Assembly (NCBI GenBank): GCA_020057295.1
Contig: JAGVGF010000005.1
Coordinates: forward strand, 1 to 64,000
DNA length: 64,000 nucleotides
Direction: 5' to 3'
Source: an archaeon
Lineage (GTDB): Archaea; Nanobdellota; Nanobdellia; Woesearchaeales; UBA9642
Shown: positions 38,226 through 47,899 of the stretch, one piece after another
Position numbering within the stretch: position 1 is the first letter of the stretch
Layout of the letters: each line of letters begins with the position of its first letter
Program-made: the position numbers and the translations under genes
The notes under the pieces: generated by a model
What the model was told of the DNA's origin: nothing
The model's database searches: none
What the model saw: only the letters and a program-made list of their open reading frames with translations

Positions 38226-38759
38226 TTATTCCTCGTCCTCGACAGCGAATATTGCTCCGAATTTTTCTTTCATATAATTCATTGCGTCTTGCTGTGATAT
38301 CCTGTGATTTATTGGGATAACTCTTTTCAATACTTTTCTTATCTTGATTCTGTAACCTGCTCTTTCTAGAGTTATTGAGCATTGTAGACCCATTGATCCT
38401 ATATCTGGATCGTATCTTGCATCTTTAATGTCAATATATTCTTTTATTCCGAATGAAACATTTCCATTAGCATCAAAATTGTTTGGTGCTAATTTGTTGT
38501 CTTTAGAGTATAATAATTTAGGTATTAATGCTAATGCCTTATCTTTTCTTAATGTAACCTTAACACCAATTGGTAATCCTGGTCTTAATCCCCATGCTGC
38601 GATTCTTTTCTGAGTTATAGTTCTTATTGGCGATACGCCGGTTATAGTTCCTAATAACTTTTGAGCTTTCTCTAAAGCAACTTGGTCTTTTCCAGTACCA
38701 ATATTTAGAGTTAACTTCTGTACTCGAATTTCTCGCATCGGATTTGTTTCTTTTGTCAT
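38226..38759 (-). CDS. rpl5: 50S ribosomal protein uL5
   Basis: [26 protein letters not shown]. Confidence 0.96.
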   Translation of the reverse strand: MTKETNPMREIRVQKLTLNIGTGKDQVALEKAQKLLGTITGVSPIRTITQKRIAAWGLRPGLPIGVKVTLRKDKALALIPKLLYSKDNKLAPNNFDANGNVSFGIKEYIDIKDARYDPDIGSMGLQCSITLERAGYRIKIRKVLKRVIPINHRISQQDAMNYMKEKFGAIFAVEDEE

Positions 38760-38786
38760 TTTAATCATTGAATATAATTATATTTT

Positions 38787-39476
38787 TTATAAGTTCATTT
38801 TTAATAAAGGATTTTCCTTACCGATTACTAGTGCATATTCTTTACTAGTCTCGAATTTTTCGTCCTTTGCTTTAACAATCATCGAGTCTTTCTTGATTTC
38901 TTCTATCTTTCCGACTTTTCCTATGTGTTTACCTTGATACAATACTACTATTGCACCTTTTTCGAATGCTAAATGTTCTTTAACAATCTGATCAGGAAGA
39001 GTTAATAATAATGAATCCTTGACTTTGTAGTGATGTTTATCGAATAAAACGTTTCTTCCATCAAGTAAATTTAGTTGTACTTTTCCTTTAACAAATGTCT
39101 TACCAACTATTTTTACAAGTTTTAACAATGATTCCTCTTTAGTTATTGTTGCTAATTTTAATATTCCATCAGTATCAATTATTAATCTGTAATATGTTCC
39201 TAATTTTGGGAATGATACTACATCAGTGAAACATACTGGATATTTGTACGAGTCAACTTTTTTGCCGTTAACAAGTATCTCTTCACTTAATACTAAATGT
39301 TTAACTTCTTTGATTGTGCTTGCTAATTTTAATTCATATTTTAATATGTTCGATAATGGTAGTGTTAAATTCTTTGACATACCACCAGGATTGCTTCTCG
39401 TAATGAAAGTTATTCCTCTACGTTGAATCTTCCAAGTTTTTGGTGCGTTTAATCGAAATAAATGTCTTTTAACCAT
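38787..39476 (-). CDS. rps4e: 30S ribosomal protein eS4
   Basis: HLFRLNAPKTW, QLNLLDGRN, GKHIG. Confidence 0.94.
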   Translation of the reverse strand: MVKRHLFRLNAPKTWKIQRRGITFITRSNPGGMSKNLTLPLSNILKYELKLASTIKEVKHLVLSEEILVNGKKVDSYKYPVCFTDVVSFPKLGTYYRLIIDTDGILKLATITKEESLLKLVKIVGKTFVKGKVQLNLLDGRNVLFDKHHYKVKDSLLLTLPDQIVKEHLAFEKGAIVVLYQGKHIGKVGKIEEIKKDSMIVKAKDEKFETSKEYALVIGKENPLLKMNL

Positions 39477-39487
39477 TTTAATACTCC

Positions 39488-39982
39488 TTATTTAGTGACC
39501 TTTTTAGCAGGTTTCTTTTCAACAGTGTCTTTTGATTCTGTCTTAACCTTTGCTACTTTTGGTGCAACAGGTTTTGATTCTGATTTTACTTTAACAACTT
39601 TTTCAGTAGTTGTTTTCTTTTCAGGCATTCTCTTCTTATCATCAAGATTTAATTCAACAAGTAAAAGATTTGATGGATCAATAGGATATCTTGCTTTTGA
39701 ACCGTCTCTTTTAACATGCTCTATCTTTGAAATGTAAACTTTTAAGTGCTTCATATTTACTTCTTCAATTTTTCCTTCTTGTCTCTTGAATTGTCCACGC
39801 ATTATCCTGACCTTATCTCCTGTTCTTACTCTTAATGCTCTTATACCATATTTTGTTCGTAATTCTTTTGATAAATGTACATTCATGAAATTTCCTCTTA
39901 AATGTAGAGGAGCATTGAATCTAAATTTCCTTTGCTTGTTTGGTTTCTTGCTTGATACCCAATTTGGTGAAAATGTTTTCAT
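39488..39982 (-). CDS. rpl24: 50S ribosomal protein uL24
   Basis: PNKQRK, LSKELR, GDKVRIMRG, IDPSN. Confidence 0.95.
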   Translation of the reverse strand: MKTFSPNWVSSKKPNKQRKFRFNAPLHLRGNFMNVHLSKELRTKYGIRALRVRTGDKVRIMRGQFKRQEGKIEEVNMKHLKVYISKIEHVKRDGSKARYPIDPSNLLLVELNLDDKKRMPEKKTTTEKVVKVKSESKPVAPKVAKVKTESKDTVEKKPAKKVTK

Positions 39983-40021
39983 GTTATACCTTGTGTTTTA
40001 CTTTTATTTTTTGAATGTTAT

Positions 40022-40423
40022 TTATACAATCATACTCGCAATCTTTGCAACTGCTGGCCATCTGTCAGCAACTTCTTTTGCAATTGGTCCTTTGAATATT
40101 GTTCCTTTAGGATTTCCTTTTTCATCTTTTAATACAACAACTGCGTTGTCTTCGAATTTGATTCTCATGCCATTGCTTCTTCTGTATTCTTTCTTTTGTC
40201 TTACAACAATAGCGTATACGACTTGTTTTCTCATCTCAGGTTTACCACGCTTTACAGCAGCCATTACTAAATCTCCCACGCCTGCTCCTGGCTTTTGACC
40301 CTTGACAGTTTTATGACCAAATACAGCAAATATTCTTACAATCTTTGCACCACTATTATCACAACTATTTACTTCTGAACCTACTGGTAAAGATTTTACA
40401 ATGTTTGCTTTTAATCCTTTCAT
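40022..40423 (-). CDS. rpl14: 50S ribosomal protein uL14
   Basis: CDNSGAK, FEDNAVV, GPIAKE. Confidence 0.97.
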   Translation of the reverse strand: MKGLKANIVKSLPVGSEVNSCDNSGAKIVRIFAVFGHKTVKGQKPGAGVGDLVMAAVKRGKPEMRKQVVYAIVVRQKKEYRRSNGMRIKFEDNAVVVLKDEKGNPKGTIFKGPIAKEVADRWPAVAKIASMIV

Positions 40424-40439
40424 TTTTAATCACTCAATT

Positions 40440-40793
40440 TTAATTAGTATATTTTTTTACTATTTCAATAACTACGAAATTTTTAGTCTTTGATAAAGGT
40501 CTTGTTTCTGCAATTCTTACAGTGTCTCCTTCTTTTGCATCAATACTTTCTGGATTGTGAGCTTTGACTCGTGTTCTTCTCATTTCGAATCTTTCGTATT
40601 TCTTAACGAATTTTCTACGAGGCCACTCTACTGTAACAGTTTTCTGCATTTTTGCACTCTTAACTACGCCAGTGAATATTCTACCACGTACTTTGACCAT
40701 TCCATGGAATGGATCCTTAGGATCTACACTCTTAGGTGTCTTTTCAGGCTTCTTTGTTTCGATGCCTATATTTTTTATTTCAGTTTTTGCCAT
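40440..40793 (-). CDS. rps17: 30S ribosomal protein uS17
   Basis: PFHG..VRGR, KYER, ETRPLSKTK. Confidence 0.96.
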   Translation of the reverse strand: MAKTEIKNIGIETKKPEKTPKSVDPKDPFHGMVKVRGRIFTGVVKSAKMQKTVTVEWPRRKFVKKYERFEMRRTRVKAHNPESIDAKEGDTVRIAETRPLSKTKNFVVIEIVKKYTN

Positions 40794-40802
40794 TTTTGAC
40801 CT

Positions 40803-41066
40803 TTAATCTTTTAATTTTGATTTTATTCTATCTTCAGGTTTCTTCGCAATCTTGTTTCCATCGACTAAGAGGTTTCCGATTTTGAATACGTTGCCTTTTT
40901 TGAATATTATTTTGAATTCTTTGAAATTTTTCTTGTTCACTAAAATTTTTAGCGAATCACGAGTTTCATCAACAATTTTTCCAGTTAAACCTTCAAGTTG
41001 CCGACTATTGGAACGTACTATTTCAACTTGTTCGCCGATGAATTCATCTCGTATAGTCTTTATCAT
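40803..41066 (-). CDS. rnp1: Ribonuclease P protein component 1 (Rpp29/POP4)
   Basis: EFIG, GKIVDETR, PEDR; conserved position in the archaeal operon. Confidence 0.9.
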   Translation of the reverse strand: MIKTIRDEFIGEQVEIVRSNSRQLEGLTGKIVDETRDSLKILVNKKNFKEFKIIFKKGNVFKIGNLLVDGNKIAKKPEDRIKSKLKD

Positions 41067-41092
41067 ATTGTTTTTTTGCCAAACAGTTTTTT

Positions 41093-41407
41093 TTACTTAT
41101 TTTTTAATTCAATAGTTTCAGGTGCAAAGCCAATTTCTATAAGTGCTTCTTGAACTTTCGTTATATGATTTCCCTGCAGTTCAACATATCCGTCTTTTGC
41201 AGTTCCGCCACATGCGAATTTATTCTTTAACTTCTTTGCTACATCTTTGATATCGATTTCGTTAGTATCGATACCCTCGATCATTGTGTACTGTTTTCCG
41301 AATTTCTTCTTCACTAACTTGACAACAATCTTTTGGCTCTCCCTAGCTATTTGCTCACAAACACATAACTCTTTTGGCAAACCACAAACGTTGCATATAT
41401 TAGTCAT
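41093..41407 (-). CDS. sui1: Translation initiation factor aIF1 (SUI1 family)
   Basis: CGLPKELCVC, LKNKFACGGT, ELQG. Confidence 0.95.
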   Translation of the reverse strand: MTNICNVCGLPKELCVCEQIARESQKIVVKLVKKKFGKQYTMIEGIDTNEIDIKDVAKKLKNKFACGGTAKDGYVELQGNHITKVQEALIEIGFAPETIELKNK

Positions 41408-41458
41408 TTTTGTTTTTTATTTTTTTGAATATTATTTTTATTATTTATCTACAAGAGT

Positions 41459-41692
41459 TTACAAGCTCTTATAATTCTTTGTACGTAATTCCTTGACCTT
41501 CTTTTCAAAATTTTGTTGCTTTAATGTTTCTACTTTTGCTACTGTTCTCTTAATATCACGTATCTGTTTAGTATTCTTTGGTGTTGTTCCTACAGCGATT
41601 TGAGCGTTTAGTTTCATTAATTCTGTTCTTAATTCAACTATCTTTTTCTCAAGTTCTTCTTTAGGCATCTTTTTTATATCGTTGAATTTCAT
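41459..41692 (-). CDS. rpl29: 50S ribosomal protein uL29
   Basis: ELRTELM, IRDIKRTVA; operon position. Confidence 0.9.
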   Translation of the reverse strand: MKFNDIKKMPKEELEKKIVELRTELMKLNAQIAVGTTPKNTKQIRDIKRTVAKVETLKQQNFEKKVKELRTKNYKSL

Positions 41693-41701
41693 TAGTATCA
41701 C

Positions 41702-42502
41702 TTATTCTTTTTTCTCTTCATCTTTTGATTCTGACTTTTTAACAGGTTTCTTCTTAGCTGCAGGCTTTTTCTCAGCAGCATCTTTTGATTCTGACTTTTT
41801 AACAGGTTTCTTCTTAGCTGCAGGCTTTTTCTCAGCAGCATCTTTTGATACTGTGTCTGCAGTTAATGTTTCTACTTTTCCTGTAGTCATGTCCTGTAAT
41901 TTTGCTTGATCAATAAATATGATGTCGTCAGGCATTTTTGTTGTTGATGGCATTATTCTTACTTGTACACCAACTAGTCCTGTCTTTAATTTTGCTGAAT
42001 TGTATGCTGTATCTACACCTGATACTGCTATGTCTCCTGATTTTTTTAAGTATCCTAAGTAGAATCTCCATTTCTTAGCTCTACTGCTTGGAATCTTTCC
42101 TGAAATTAATATTTCTACACCACGTGCACCATTAGACATTACATCTGTAATTGCCTTATGTCCTATTCCTTTGAATCTTGCAGTGCCGAATCTTTCTAAT
42201 GAATTTGCAATACCTTCTGCAACAATACTTGCATCAGCCATCGGATTTTCTTCCTCTAATAATTCTATTTGAGGATTTTCTAATTTGAATCTCTCTTTTA
42301 ATTCTCTTGTTAATTTAGTAATGTTTGAACCTGATTTTCCTACTATTAATCCTGGTCTGCTTGAACAGATTATTATCTTCTCGCCAAGTGGCGTTCTTTG
42401 AACTCTTATATAACTTAATCCTGCTTTTCCTAATACACTTCGTAAGTATTCTTCTATTTGATATTCTTTAAGATTTTCTGCGACGAATTTTCTTTCTATC
42501 AT
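41702..42502 (-). CDS. rps3: 30S ribosomal protein uS3
   Basis: RTPLG, RPGLIVGK, GARGVEILISGK, GVQVRIM. Confidence 0.97.
   Translation of the reverse strand: MIERKFVAENLKEYQIEEYLRSVLGKAGLSYIRVQRTPLGEKIIICSSRPGLIVGKSGSNITKLTRELKERFKLENPQIELLEEENPMADASIVAEGIANSLERFGTARFKGIGHKAITDVMSNGARGVEILISGKIPSSRAKKWRFYLGYLKKSGDIAVSGVDTAYNSAKLKTGLVGVQVRIMPSTTKMPDDIIFIDQAKLQDMTTGKVETLTADTVSKDAAEKKPAAKKKPVKKSESKDAAEKKPAAKKKPVKKSESKDEEKKE
41719..41849. repeat. Perfect 60-bp tandem repeat (~2.2 copies) in the uS3 C-terminal tail
   Basis: 41721-41780 is identical to 41781-41840; encodes SKDAAEKKPAAKKKPVKKSE twice. Confidence 0.95.
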
Positions 42503-42503
42503 T

Positions 42504-43028
42504 TTAATTGTCCTTCTTTACTGTCTTCTTAACAGTCTTTGTTTCTTTAGTAGTATCTTTTGTCCTAGCTGCGTTTTTTGATGCTGCTAGTCCTTTTACT
42601 TCTTTTAATACTACTTCTATATGTGAATTTTTGAATATGCTTCTCTTCTTTCTACCATAATGCCAATTCTTTGGTCCTATTTGCATTGCGATATGTACAA
42701 CTTTTAAATCTGAACTGTTGAATCCTTTATTTTTTGCATTTGCTTCTGCTGATTTTATTACAGCTAATATTGCCTTACATGCTTTTGGATAATATCTTCC
42801 AGCACTCATTCCAGATTTATGACCTACACCATTACTAAATCTTACTATTGGTACTGGTCTTATAAAATCTATGGATTGTTGTAATAACATTTTAGCTTGA
42901 TTTACTGGTCTTCCACGAACATAATTACATATTTCTGTTGACTCTTTTGGTGAAATATCTAAATTTCTACCAACTGCCTTTACAGTGTTTTCTTCGCTTT
43001 TTTGGTACGAGTAATTGTGTTCTGCCAT
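42504..43028 (-). CDS. rpl22: 50S ribosomal protein uL22
   Basis: ISPKES, GRYYPKA, SAEANA, SHIEVVL. Confidence 0.95.
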   Translation of the reverse strand: MAEHNYSYQKSEENTVKAVGRNLDISPKESTEICNYVRGRPVNQAKMLLQQSIDFIRPVPIVRFSNGVGHKSGMSAGRYYPKACKAILAVIKSAEANAKNKGFNSSDLKVVHIAMQIGPKNWHYGRKKRSIFKNSHIEVVLKEVKGLAASKNAARTKDTTKETKTVKKTVKKDN

Positions 43029-43047
43029 TTTAATCATTAATTATTAT

Positions 43048-43428
43048 TTATTTGACCGATAAGTTGCTGGATGATTTTGTTGCTCCAACTCCTGGTGCAT
43101 TGTGTTGAACCTTTCTTCGTGTTTGTGACAACTCACCGAAGAAGCATCCTATCATATCTTCTTGAATTATTACTGGGAAAAATTCTTTACCATTATGAAC
43201 TTTTATTGTTTTACCGACGAATTGTGGTAATACAATCATGTCTCTAACATGTGTTTCTATTGAATCTAATTTTGATAGTTTCTTCATTACTTTTTTCTTA
43301 CCTTCGTCAAATCCTCTACTTATGGATCTTCGTTGTCTTGCTGGTAATAATTCTGCAAATTCTGTCAAAGTCATATTTTGTAATTCTTCTAAGCTTTTTC
43401 CTCTGTAAGTAAATAATTTTTTAGCCAT
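43048..43428 (-). CDS. rps19: 30S ribosomal protein uS19
   Basis: FTYRG, THVRDM, HNGK, PGVGAT. Confidence 0.96.
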   Translation of the reverse strand: MAKKLFTYRGKSLEELQNMTLTEFAELLPARQRRSISRGFDEGKKKVMKKLSKLDSIETHVRDMIVLPQFVGKTIKVHNGKEFFPVIIQEDMIGCFFGELSQTRRKVQHNAPGVGATKSSSNLSVK

Positions 43429-43440
43429 TTTGTTTCAACC

Positions 43441-44178
43441 TTATCTTCTTGGAGCTTCTCTAATTATAGCTTTTGTTTTTGATTGACCTGTTCTCTTTGG
43501 TCTTATGTAACCGACATTTCTACCTGGTGGAGCGTTCTGTGGAGCTGGTCTTGCCTTACTCTTTCTTGAACTTCTCTTGTTACCAAATGGATGGTCGACT
43601 GCGTTTTGTGCTGATCCTGACATTTGTGGGAATCTCTTCTTTCTTGCATTTCTGTAATGAGCCATTGTACCTGCTTTTAAGAATGGTTTATCCTTTCTTC
43701 CAGCACCTGCTACAATTCCTAATGTTGCTCTGCAATTTAAATGGAATTCTTTGATTCTCTTTGATGGTAATAATACTGATATTGCCTTATCTGTCTTTGA
43801 AACTACTTTTCCAAATGTTCCTGTTGTTCTACAGTATTTACCGCCGTCTCCTGGCATTCCTTCAATATTAAATACTGTTGTACCTTCTGGAACATCTTTT
43901 AATTGTAATGTATTTCCTAATTCTAATTCTGCATCCGGACCGACTTTTAATATTTGTCCTGTTCTTATTCCTTCTGGTGCAATCATTAAACCTGATGTGC
44001 CGTCATTATATTTTACTGATAATAATGGTGCTAGATGTCCTTGAGATTTAACTACATCTAATACTTCAGCACTAGTTACGCCATATTTTACTTTTGCTTC
44101 TCCTAAGTATCTGAAACTTGGAGCTGTAAAACTAGGTCCGCCTTTTCCACGTGCCTGTTGTGTTAAATTCTTACCCAT
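43441..44178 (-). CDS. rpl2: 50S ribosomal protein uL2
   Basis: MGK..QQARGKG, PGDGGK, NAVDHPFG, APPGR.VG. Confidence 0.96.
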   Translation of the reverse strand: MGKNLTQQARGKGGPSFTAPSFRYLGEAKVKYGVTSAEVLDVVKSQGHLAPLLSVKYNDGTSGLMIAPEGIRTGQILKVGPDAELELGNTLQLKDVPEGTTVFNIEGMPGDGGKYCRTTGTFGKVVSKTDKAISVLLPSKRIKEFHLNCRATLGIVAGAGRKDKPFLKAGTMAHYRNARKKRFPQMSGSAQNAVDHPFGNKRSSRKSKARPAPQNAPPGRNVGYIRPKRTGQSKTKAIIREAPRR

Positions 44179-44188
44179 TTGATTTACC

Positions 44189-44440
44189 TTATATTAATCC
44201 TAATTTTGTTGCGATGTCAATTGCTGGTGTTTCGTTACTGAACTTGACGTATGCTCTTTTCTTTGCATCTGGTCCGATTCTTGTTGTAACGCCAACGACT
44301 TTAACTTTGAAAAATGATTCAATCTCGCTCTTTATTGCTTGCTTTGTTGCTTTCTTATCTACTTCGAATATCAACTTATTTTCTGATTCCATTAACTTAA
44401 TGGACTTTTCTGTTGATAATGGATTTTTTACAACTTGCAT
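44189..44440 (-). CDS. rpl23: 50S ribosomal protein uL23
   Basis: PLSTEK, NKLIFEV, KRAYV. Confidence 0.94.
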   Translation of the reverse strand: MQVVKNPLSTEKSIKLMESENKLIFEVDKKATKQAIKSEIESFFKVKVVGVTTRIGPDAKKRAYVKFSNETPAIDIATKLGLI

Positions 44441-44475
44441 TTTTTCCTCAATGATTTTGATTTTTTCGTTTTTTA

Positions 44476-44534
44476 GATGAACTCACGTTTTCGTGACGTT
44501 CATCACTTTTTACGAGATTTTTTGTAAAAATCTC
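44476..44534 (-). other. Two hairpins in the uL4-uL23 intergenic spacer
   Basis: Minus strand GATGAAC-G-TCACG-AAAA-CGTGA-GTTCATC (44476-44504) and a 9-bp stem (44514-44534). Confidence 0.55.
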
Positions 44535-45337
44535 TAATACTTGAATGATTTTGCTATTTCGTCTATTGCGCCTTCAGTGTATAATGTTAAACGTCCAATT
44601 GAACATCCTGGTGCTAATAATTCTGCACTTAGATGTGTTGGTGTTACAATGTCTACTCCTGAAATGTTTGCTGCTGCACTGTTTAATGCACATTTTTTTG
44701 ATACAACAAATAATACTGATTTTTTAACTTTGTATGGTCTGCCCCTATTCTTTCCAAGGCCTGCTCTATGAATTTTTTCTTTTGTTCTGTCTAATTCTGC
44801 TTTGAATCCTAAGTCGTGTAATAATGTTATTACATCTTTAGTTTTATCTATTGATTCAACATCATTTGATAGTATGAATGGGAATTCTTTTGGAAGTATA
44901 TGTCCTCTTGTTACTACTAAATCTTTAACCATTGTTGCAGCTAATGCTGAACATAATGCTTTCTTTCTCTCCTTAGTGTTTAATTTCTTAGACCAGATTC
45001 TGTCTGCTTTTGGAGGATGTGCTCTTCTTCCACCGACCGTATTTGGTGCTAATGCTCCAACCCAGTTGAATCTTGTTCCTCTCTTAGTCATTATTTTTCT
45101 AGGAGATCTTGCAATACCAATACCGTATGATCCTTTGTAGTCTCTTCTTCGTCTTGATAATTTTGCTGAAACCATCATTCCTGCATCTGGATTTGATCCG
45201 TATGGTTGTCTTGAATTTGCTTGTACAGTTAATACTGCTTTGTATATTAAATCAGGTCGAACTGTTTCACTAAATTGTGCTGGTAACTCTTTCTTTCCTG
45301 TTTCTTTTCCTTTTTTATCGAATATTGGTAATTTCAT
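44534..45337 (-). CDS. rpl4: 50S ribosomal protein uL4
   Basis: RPDLI, RQPYG, GGRRAHPPK, LLAPG..GRLT. Confidence 0.96.
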   Translation of the reverse strand: MKLPIFDKKGKETGKKELPAQFSETVRPDLIYKAVLTVQANSRQPYGSNPDAGMMVSAKLSRRRRDYKGSYGIGIARSPRKIMTKRGTRFNWVGALAPNTVGGRRAHPPKADRIWSKKLNTKERKKALCSALAATMVKDLVVTRGHILPKEFPFILSNDVESIDKTKDVITLLHDLGFKAELDRTKEKIHRAGLGKNRGRPYKVKKSVLFVVSKKCALNSAAANISGVDIVTPTHLSAELLAPGCSIGRLTLYTEGAIDEIAKSFKY

Positions 45338-45344
45338 TTTGATT

Positions 45345-46322
45345 TTATTTTGCGTTTGTATTTATTTCTGATATTGTTGGCACTGTTTCTTGTGCTCTAT
45401 GTCTTAATGGTTTTGTGAATAGTATTGCTCTCTTTTGGGGACCAGCAACACTTCCTTTGATTATAATATATGTACTTTTTATTAATCCGTAATGTGGCCA
45501 TCCGCCTTTAGGATTTACATCTTCAGGTTTTGATCCTATCTTGAATATTTGTTTATTGTATTCTGTTCTTTGATGATAGCCCATTTGTCCTGGGTGAGCA
45601 ACTCTGTATAATACATGTCCTTGTCCGCTCCATGCGCCAAGTGTTCCTACTCTTCTAACTCCTTTCTCTGTCTTATGGTTCTTGAAGTGTACACCAAATC
45701 TTTTTACTGGACCTTGTAATCCTTTACCTTTAGTTACTGCATGTAAGTCTACAAATTCTCCTTCTTTGAAGAATGTTGAAACTGGTAATTCTTTATCGTG
45801 ATTTTCTCTAACAAATTTGATTTTATCTTCGACTTTTCCACTTAAACCGAGTTCGAATATTTCTGGTTTTTTCTTAGAAAGTCCTGCTAATCTTGGTTGT
45901 GTATAAACAAGTAATTTTACATCTGTATAATCTGCTGCATTTAATGCATCTATTTCAGAATTTCCTGTATGTGTTTTTGTAGGGACTATCTTTCTTGCTA
46001 AGTCCTTGTCTGTTTTGAATAATAATTCTTTAGAAACGCTCTTGCCCTTGTATGCTTGCTTGTATAATCTTACACCAGCAATTTTTATTGGTGGACATTC
46101 AACAACTGTTACTGGTGTTGCAATTTCTTCGCCTTTTGTAGTTGAAGTTTTTCTTGTATCGATGCCCATTAGTGTTGTCATGCCTACCTTGTAGCCCATG
46201 AATCCTAATAGAACATCTTTTGTTGGCTGAATCCATGATCTAACACGTGCATATTGTCTCTTAGCCTTTACTCTAGGCCAATACTGCATGCTTCCATGTC
46301 TTGGTGAATGAATTTTTGCCAT
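45345..46322 (-). CDS. rpl3: 50S ribosomal protein uL3
   Basis: PRHGSMQYWPR, GYKVGMT, TKGKG.QGPVKRFG, GQMGYHQRTEYNK. Confidence 0.97.
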   Translation of the reverse strand: MAKIHSPRHGSMQYWPRVKAKRQYARVRSWIQPTKDVLLGFMGYKVGMTTLMGIDTRKTSTTKGEEIATPVTVVECPPIKIAGVRLYKQAYKGKSVSKELLFKTDKDLARKIVPTKTHTGNSEIDALNAADYTDVKLLVYTQPRLAGLSKKKPEIFELGLSGKVEDKIKFVRENHDKELPVSTFFKEGEFVDLHAVTKGKGLQGPVKRFGVHFKNHKTEKGVRRVGTLGAWSGQGHVLYRVAHPGQMGYHQRTEYNKQIFKIGSKPEDVNPKGGWPHYGLIKSTYIIIKGSVAGPQKRAILFTKPLRHRAQETVPTISEINTNAK

Positions 46323-46354
46323 TTTGTTAAATTGACTTAAACATTATATAATCT

Positions 46355-46550
46355 ACATAACTTAGACTACCCCGCCTAAAGTCATATTATCATATTATTG
46401 CGGCATTGTGGTTTGCTTTTCGCATCGACCAATGCAATAATTGAGCCTCTCCGTGAATATCCTCTAGAAACATAAGTTTCGGGACATCCTTTTCAGGCCT
46501 TTGAACAATTCGCTTGATTAAAAGCGAATCCACATCGACGAATCAACGTT
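46355..46550 (-). ncRNA. Candidate structured 5' leader (r-leader) of the ribosomal protein operon
   Basis: Four consecutive stem-loops between the TATA box at 46575 and the uL3 ATG; G-U pairs favour the minus strand. Confidence 0.55.
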
Positions 46551-46574
46551 ATAGATAATAGGAACTTTTATTCA

Positions 46575-46582
46575 TTTATAAA
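46575..46582 (-). promoter_or_regulatory. TATA box of the ribosomal protein superoperon
   Basis: TTTATAAA about 250 nt upstream of the uL3 start. Confidence 0.55.
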
Positions 46583-46623
46583 GTTAATGGTAAACTTAGA
46601 AAGGGTAAAATGTTGAAAAAGAG

Positions 46624-47799
46624 TTAAGAATGAATTATTTTTTCTTTCAATAATATTCCTCTCTTCTTCCATTCATCAACAAATTCTGCTGGAGGAATAT
46701 GTTGTTCTATTGTTAGTACACCGTTTTCGACGATTAAATCTTTTGCCATCATCTGTGCTACAATCGCTGCGGAATATCCTGTTGTTCTCTGCATCGCAGT
46801 ATGTCCTGTTTGTTCATTTTGAAAATCCACCAGATCATATTCTGCGTGGTAATTACCTTTTTGTAATGTGACGCGAACTAAGAGTATGTCTGGTGATTCA
46901 TAACTAATCATACCATCAATCAAATTTTCCGTAATAGCTCTCGGAGTAGTTCTCGTCTTCCCTATTGTTTTTTCTATCTCGCTAAAAAATCCTGAATCTT
47001 TAAATGCCTTCATCAGTTCCCAATGTCCTTTGTAACGCAGGGTCTTATAATCTAGAGAAGTTATAATTCCTTCGTATGTTTTCCCTAATGTTGACGATCC
47101 TCCAGAAGTATATGCTGCTTCGAGTTCTAGCATACCATTCTTAAATCGTGCATCTTTAAATATTATTTTCTCAATGCCTTCGAGTGATTCTACAATAGTT
47201 AATTCTCCATTATGTAATATTTCTGTAGGTTCTATATATTCATTTAGTAATCCGTGAACAGAAAATACTTTCTTATACCCTAGCGGACCTTTAGGATGTT
47301 GAGGTAAGCCTCCTACTCTAATATGCACGCTCTCGGGCATACCTTTGCCTAATTCAATCATTTTTGCAATACCATATTGAACTATAGTGCTTACTGCACC
47401 TGGAGCAATACCACAATCTGGAATAATTTTTACGCCAACAGATTTTGCTTGATGATTTAATGCAAACTGTCTACTAACAACAGTGTTATTTCCACCAAGG
47501 TCACAAAAATGTGAGCCAGTACTTATGGCTGCCCTGGTTAGAATTTCGTTAAACTCATAACTTGCAGCGCCTATAGCAACATCCATATGCCTCATTAACT
47601 CATGCATTTCTTGATAGTTATTAGCATCTGCTACAATAGTGTGTAATCTTTTATCTTTTATTCTCTTAAAAGCTCCTAAGAGATTTTCTGAAGATTTATC
47701 AACAAGTTCAACTCTGAAGGTTTCTTTATCTTGTAATAAATCGTACGCTATTGCTTCACCCATCGAACCTGAACCAACAATAAGATAGTTATAAGACAT
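46624..47799 (-). CDS. Saccharopine dehydrogenase / lysine 6-dehydrogenase family oxidoreductase
   Basis: GSGSMG Rossmann motif, DLGG, DCGIAPG, VGGLP, GLLNEY, YKTLRY.GH, AMQRTTG. Confidence 0.88.
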   Translation of the reverse strand: MSYNYLIVGSGSMGEAIAYDLLQDKETFRVELVDKSSENLLGAFKRIKDKRLHTIVADANNYQEMHELMRHMDVAIGAASYEFNEILTRAAISTGSHFCDLGGNNTVVSRQFALNHQAKSVGVKIIPDCGIAPGAVSTIVQYGIAKMIELGKGMPESVHIRVGGLPQHPKGPLGYKKVFSVHGLLNEYIEPTEILHNGELTIVESLEGIEKIIFKDARFKNGMLELEAAYTSGGSSTLGKTYEGIITSLDYKTLRYKGHWELMKAFKDSGFFSEIEKTIGKTRTTPRAITENLIDGMISYESPDILLVRVTLQKGNYHAEYDLVDFQNEQTGHTAMQRTTGYSAAIVAQMMAKDLIVENGVLTIEQHIPPAEFVDEWKKRGILLKEKIIHS

Positions 47800-47899
47800 A
47801 TACTCTGGATAACTCTTTATTTTAAAAATATTATGTTATTACCTATCTTAGAATAGTTACAAATCAAGAGTTAACTATTTATTTTTTTATCTTAGAAAT

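Noticed and set aside
44461-44510. Hammerhead ribozyme or box C/D sRNA (minus-strand GUGAUGA...GAAA)
   Set aside because: Core is GUGAUGA rather than CUGAUGA, stems I and III are absent, and there is no box D CUGA
34245-46194. Many plus-strand ORFs opposite the ribosomal genes, and similar antisense ORFs elsewhere (e.g. 2380-2790, 52362-53009, 54705-55244)
   Set aside because: Shadow frames of well-supported genes with F/L/S-rich composition and no motifs
46482-46503. Resemblance of minus-strand AGGCCUGAAAAGGAUG to SRP RNA helix 8
   Set aside because: The conserved AGCA side of the symmetric loop is missing and no helix 6 or Alu domain is evident
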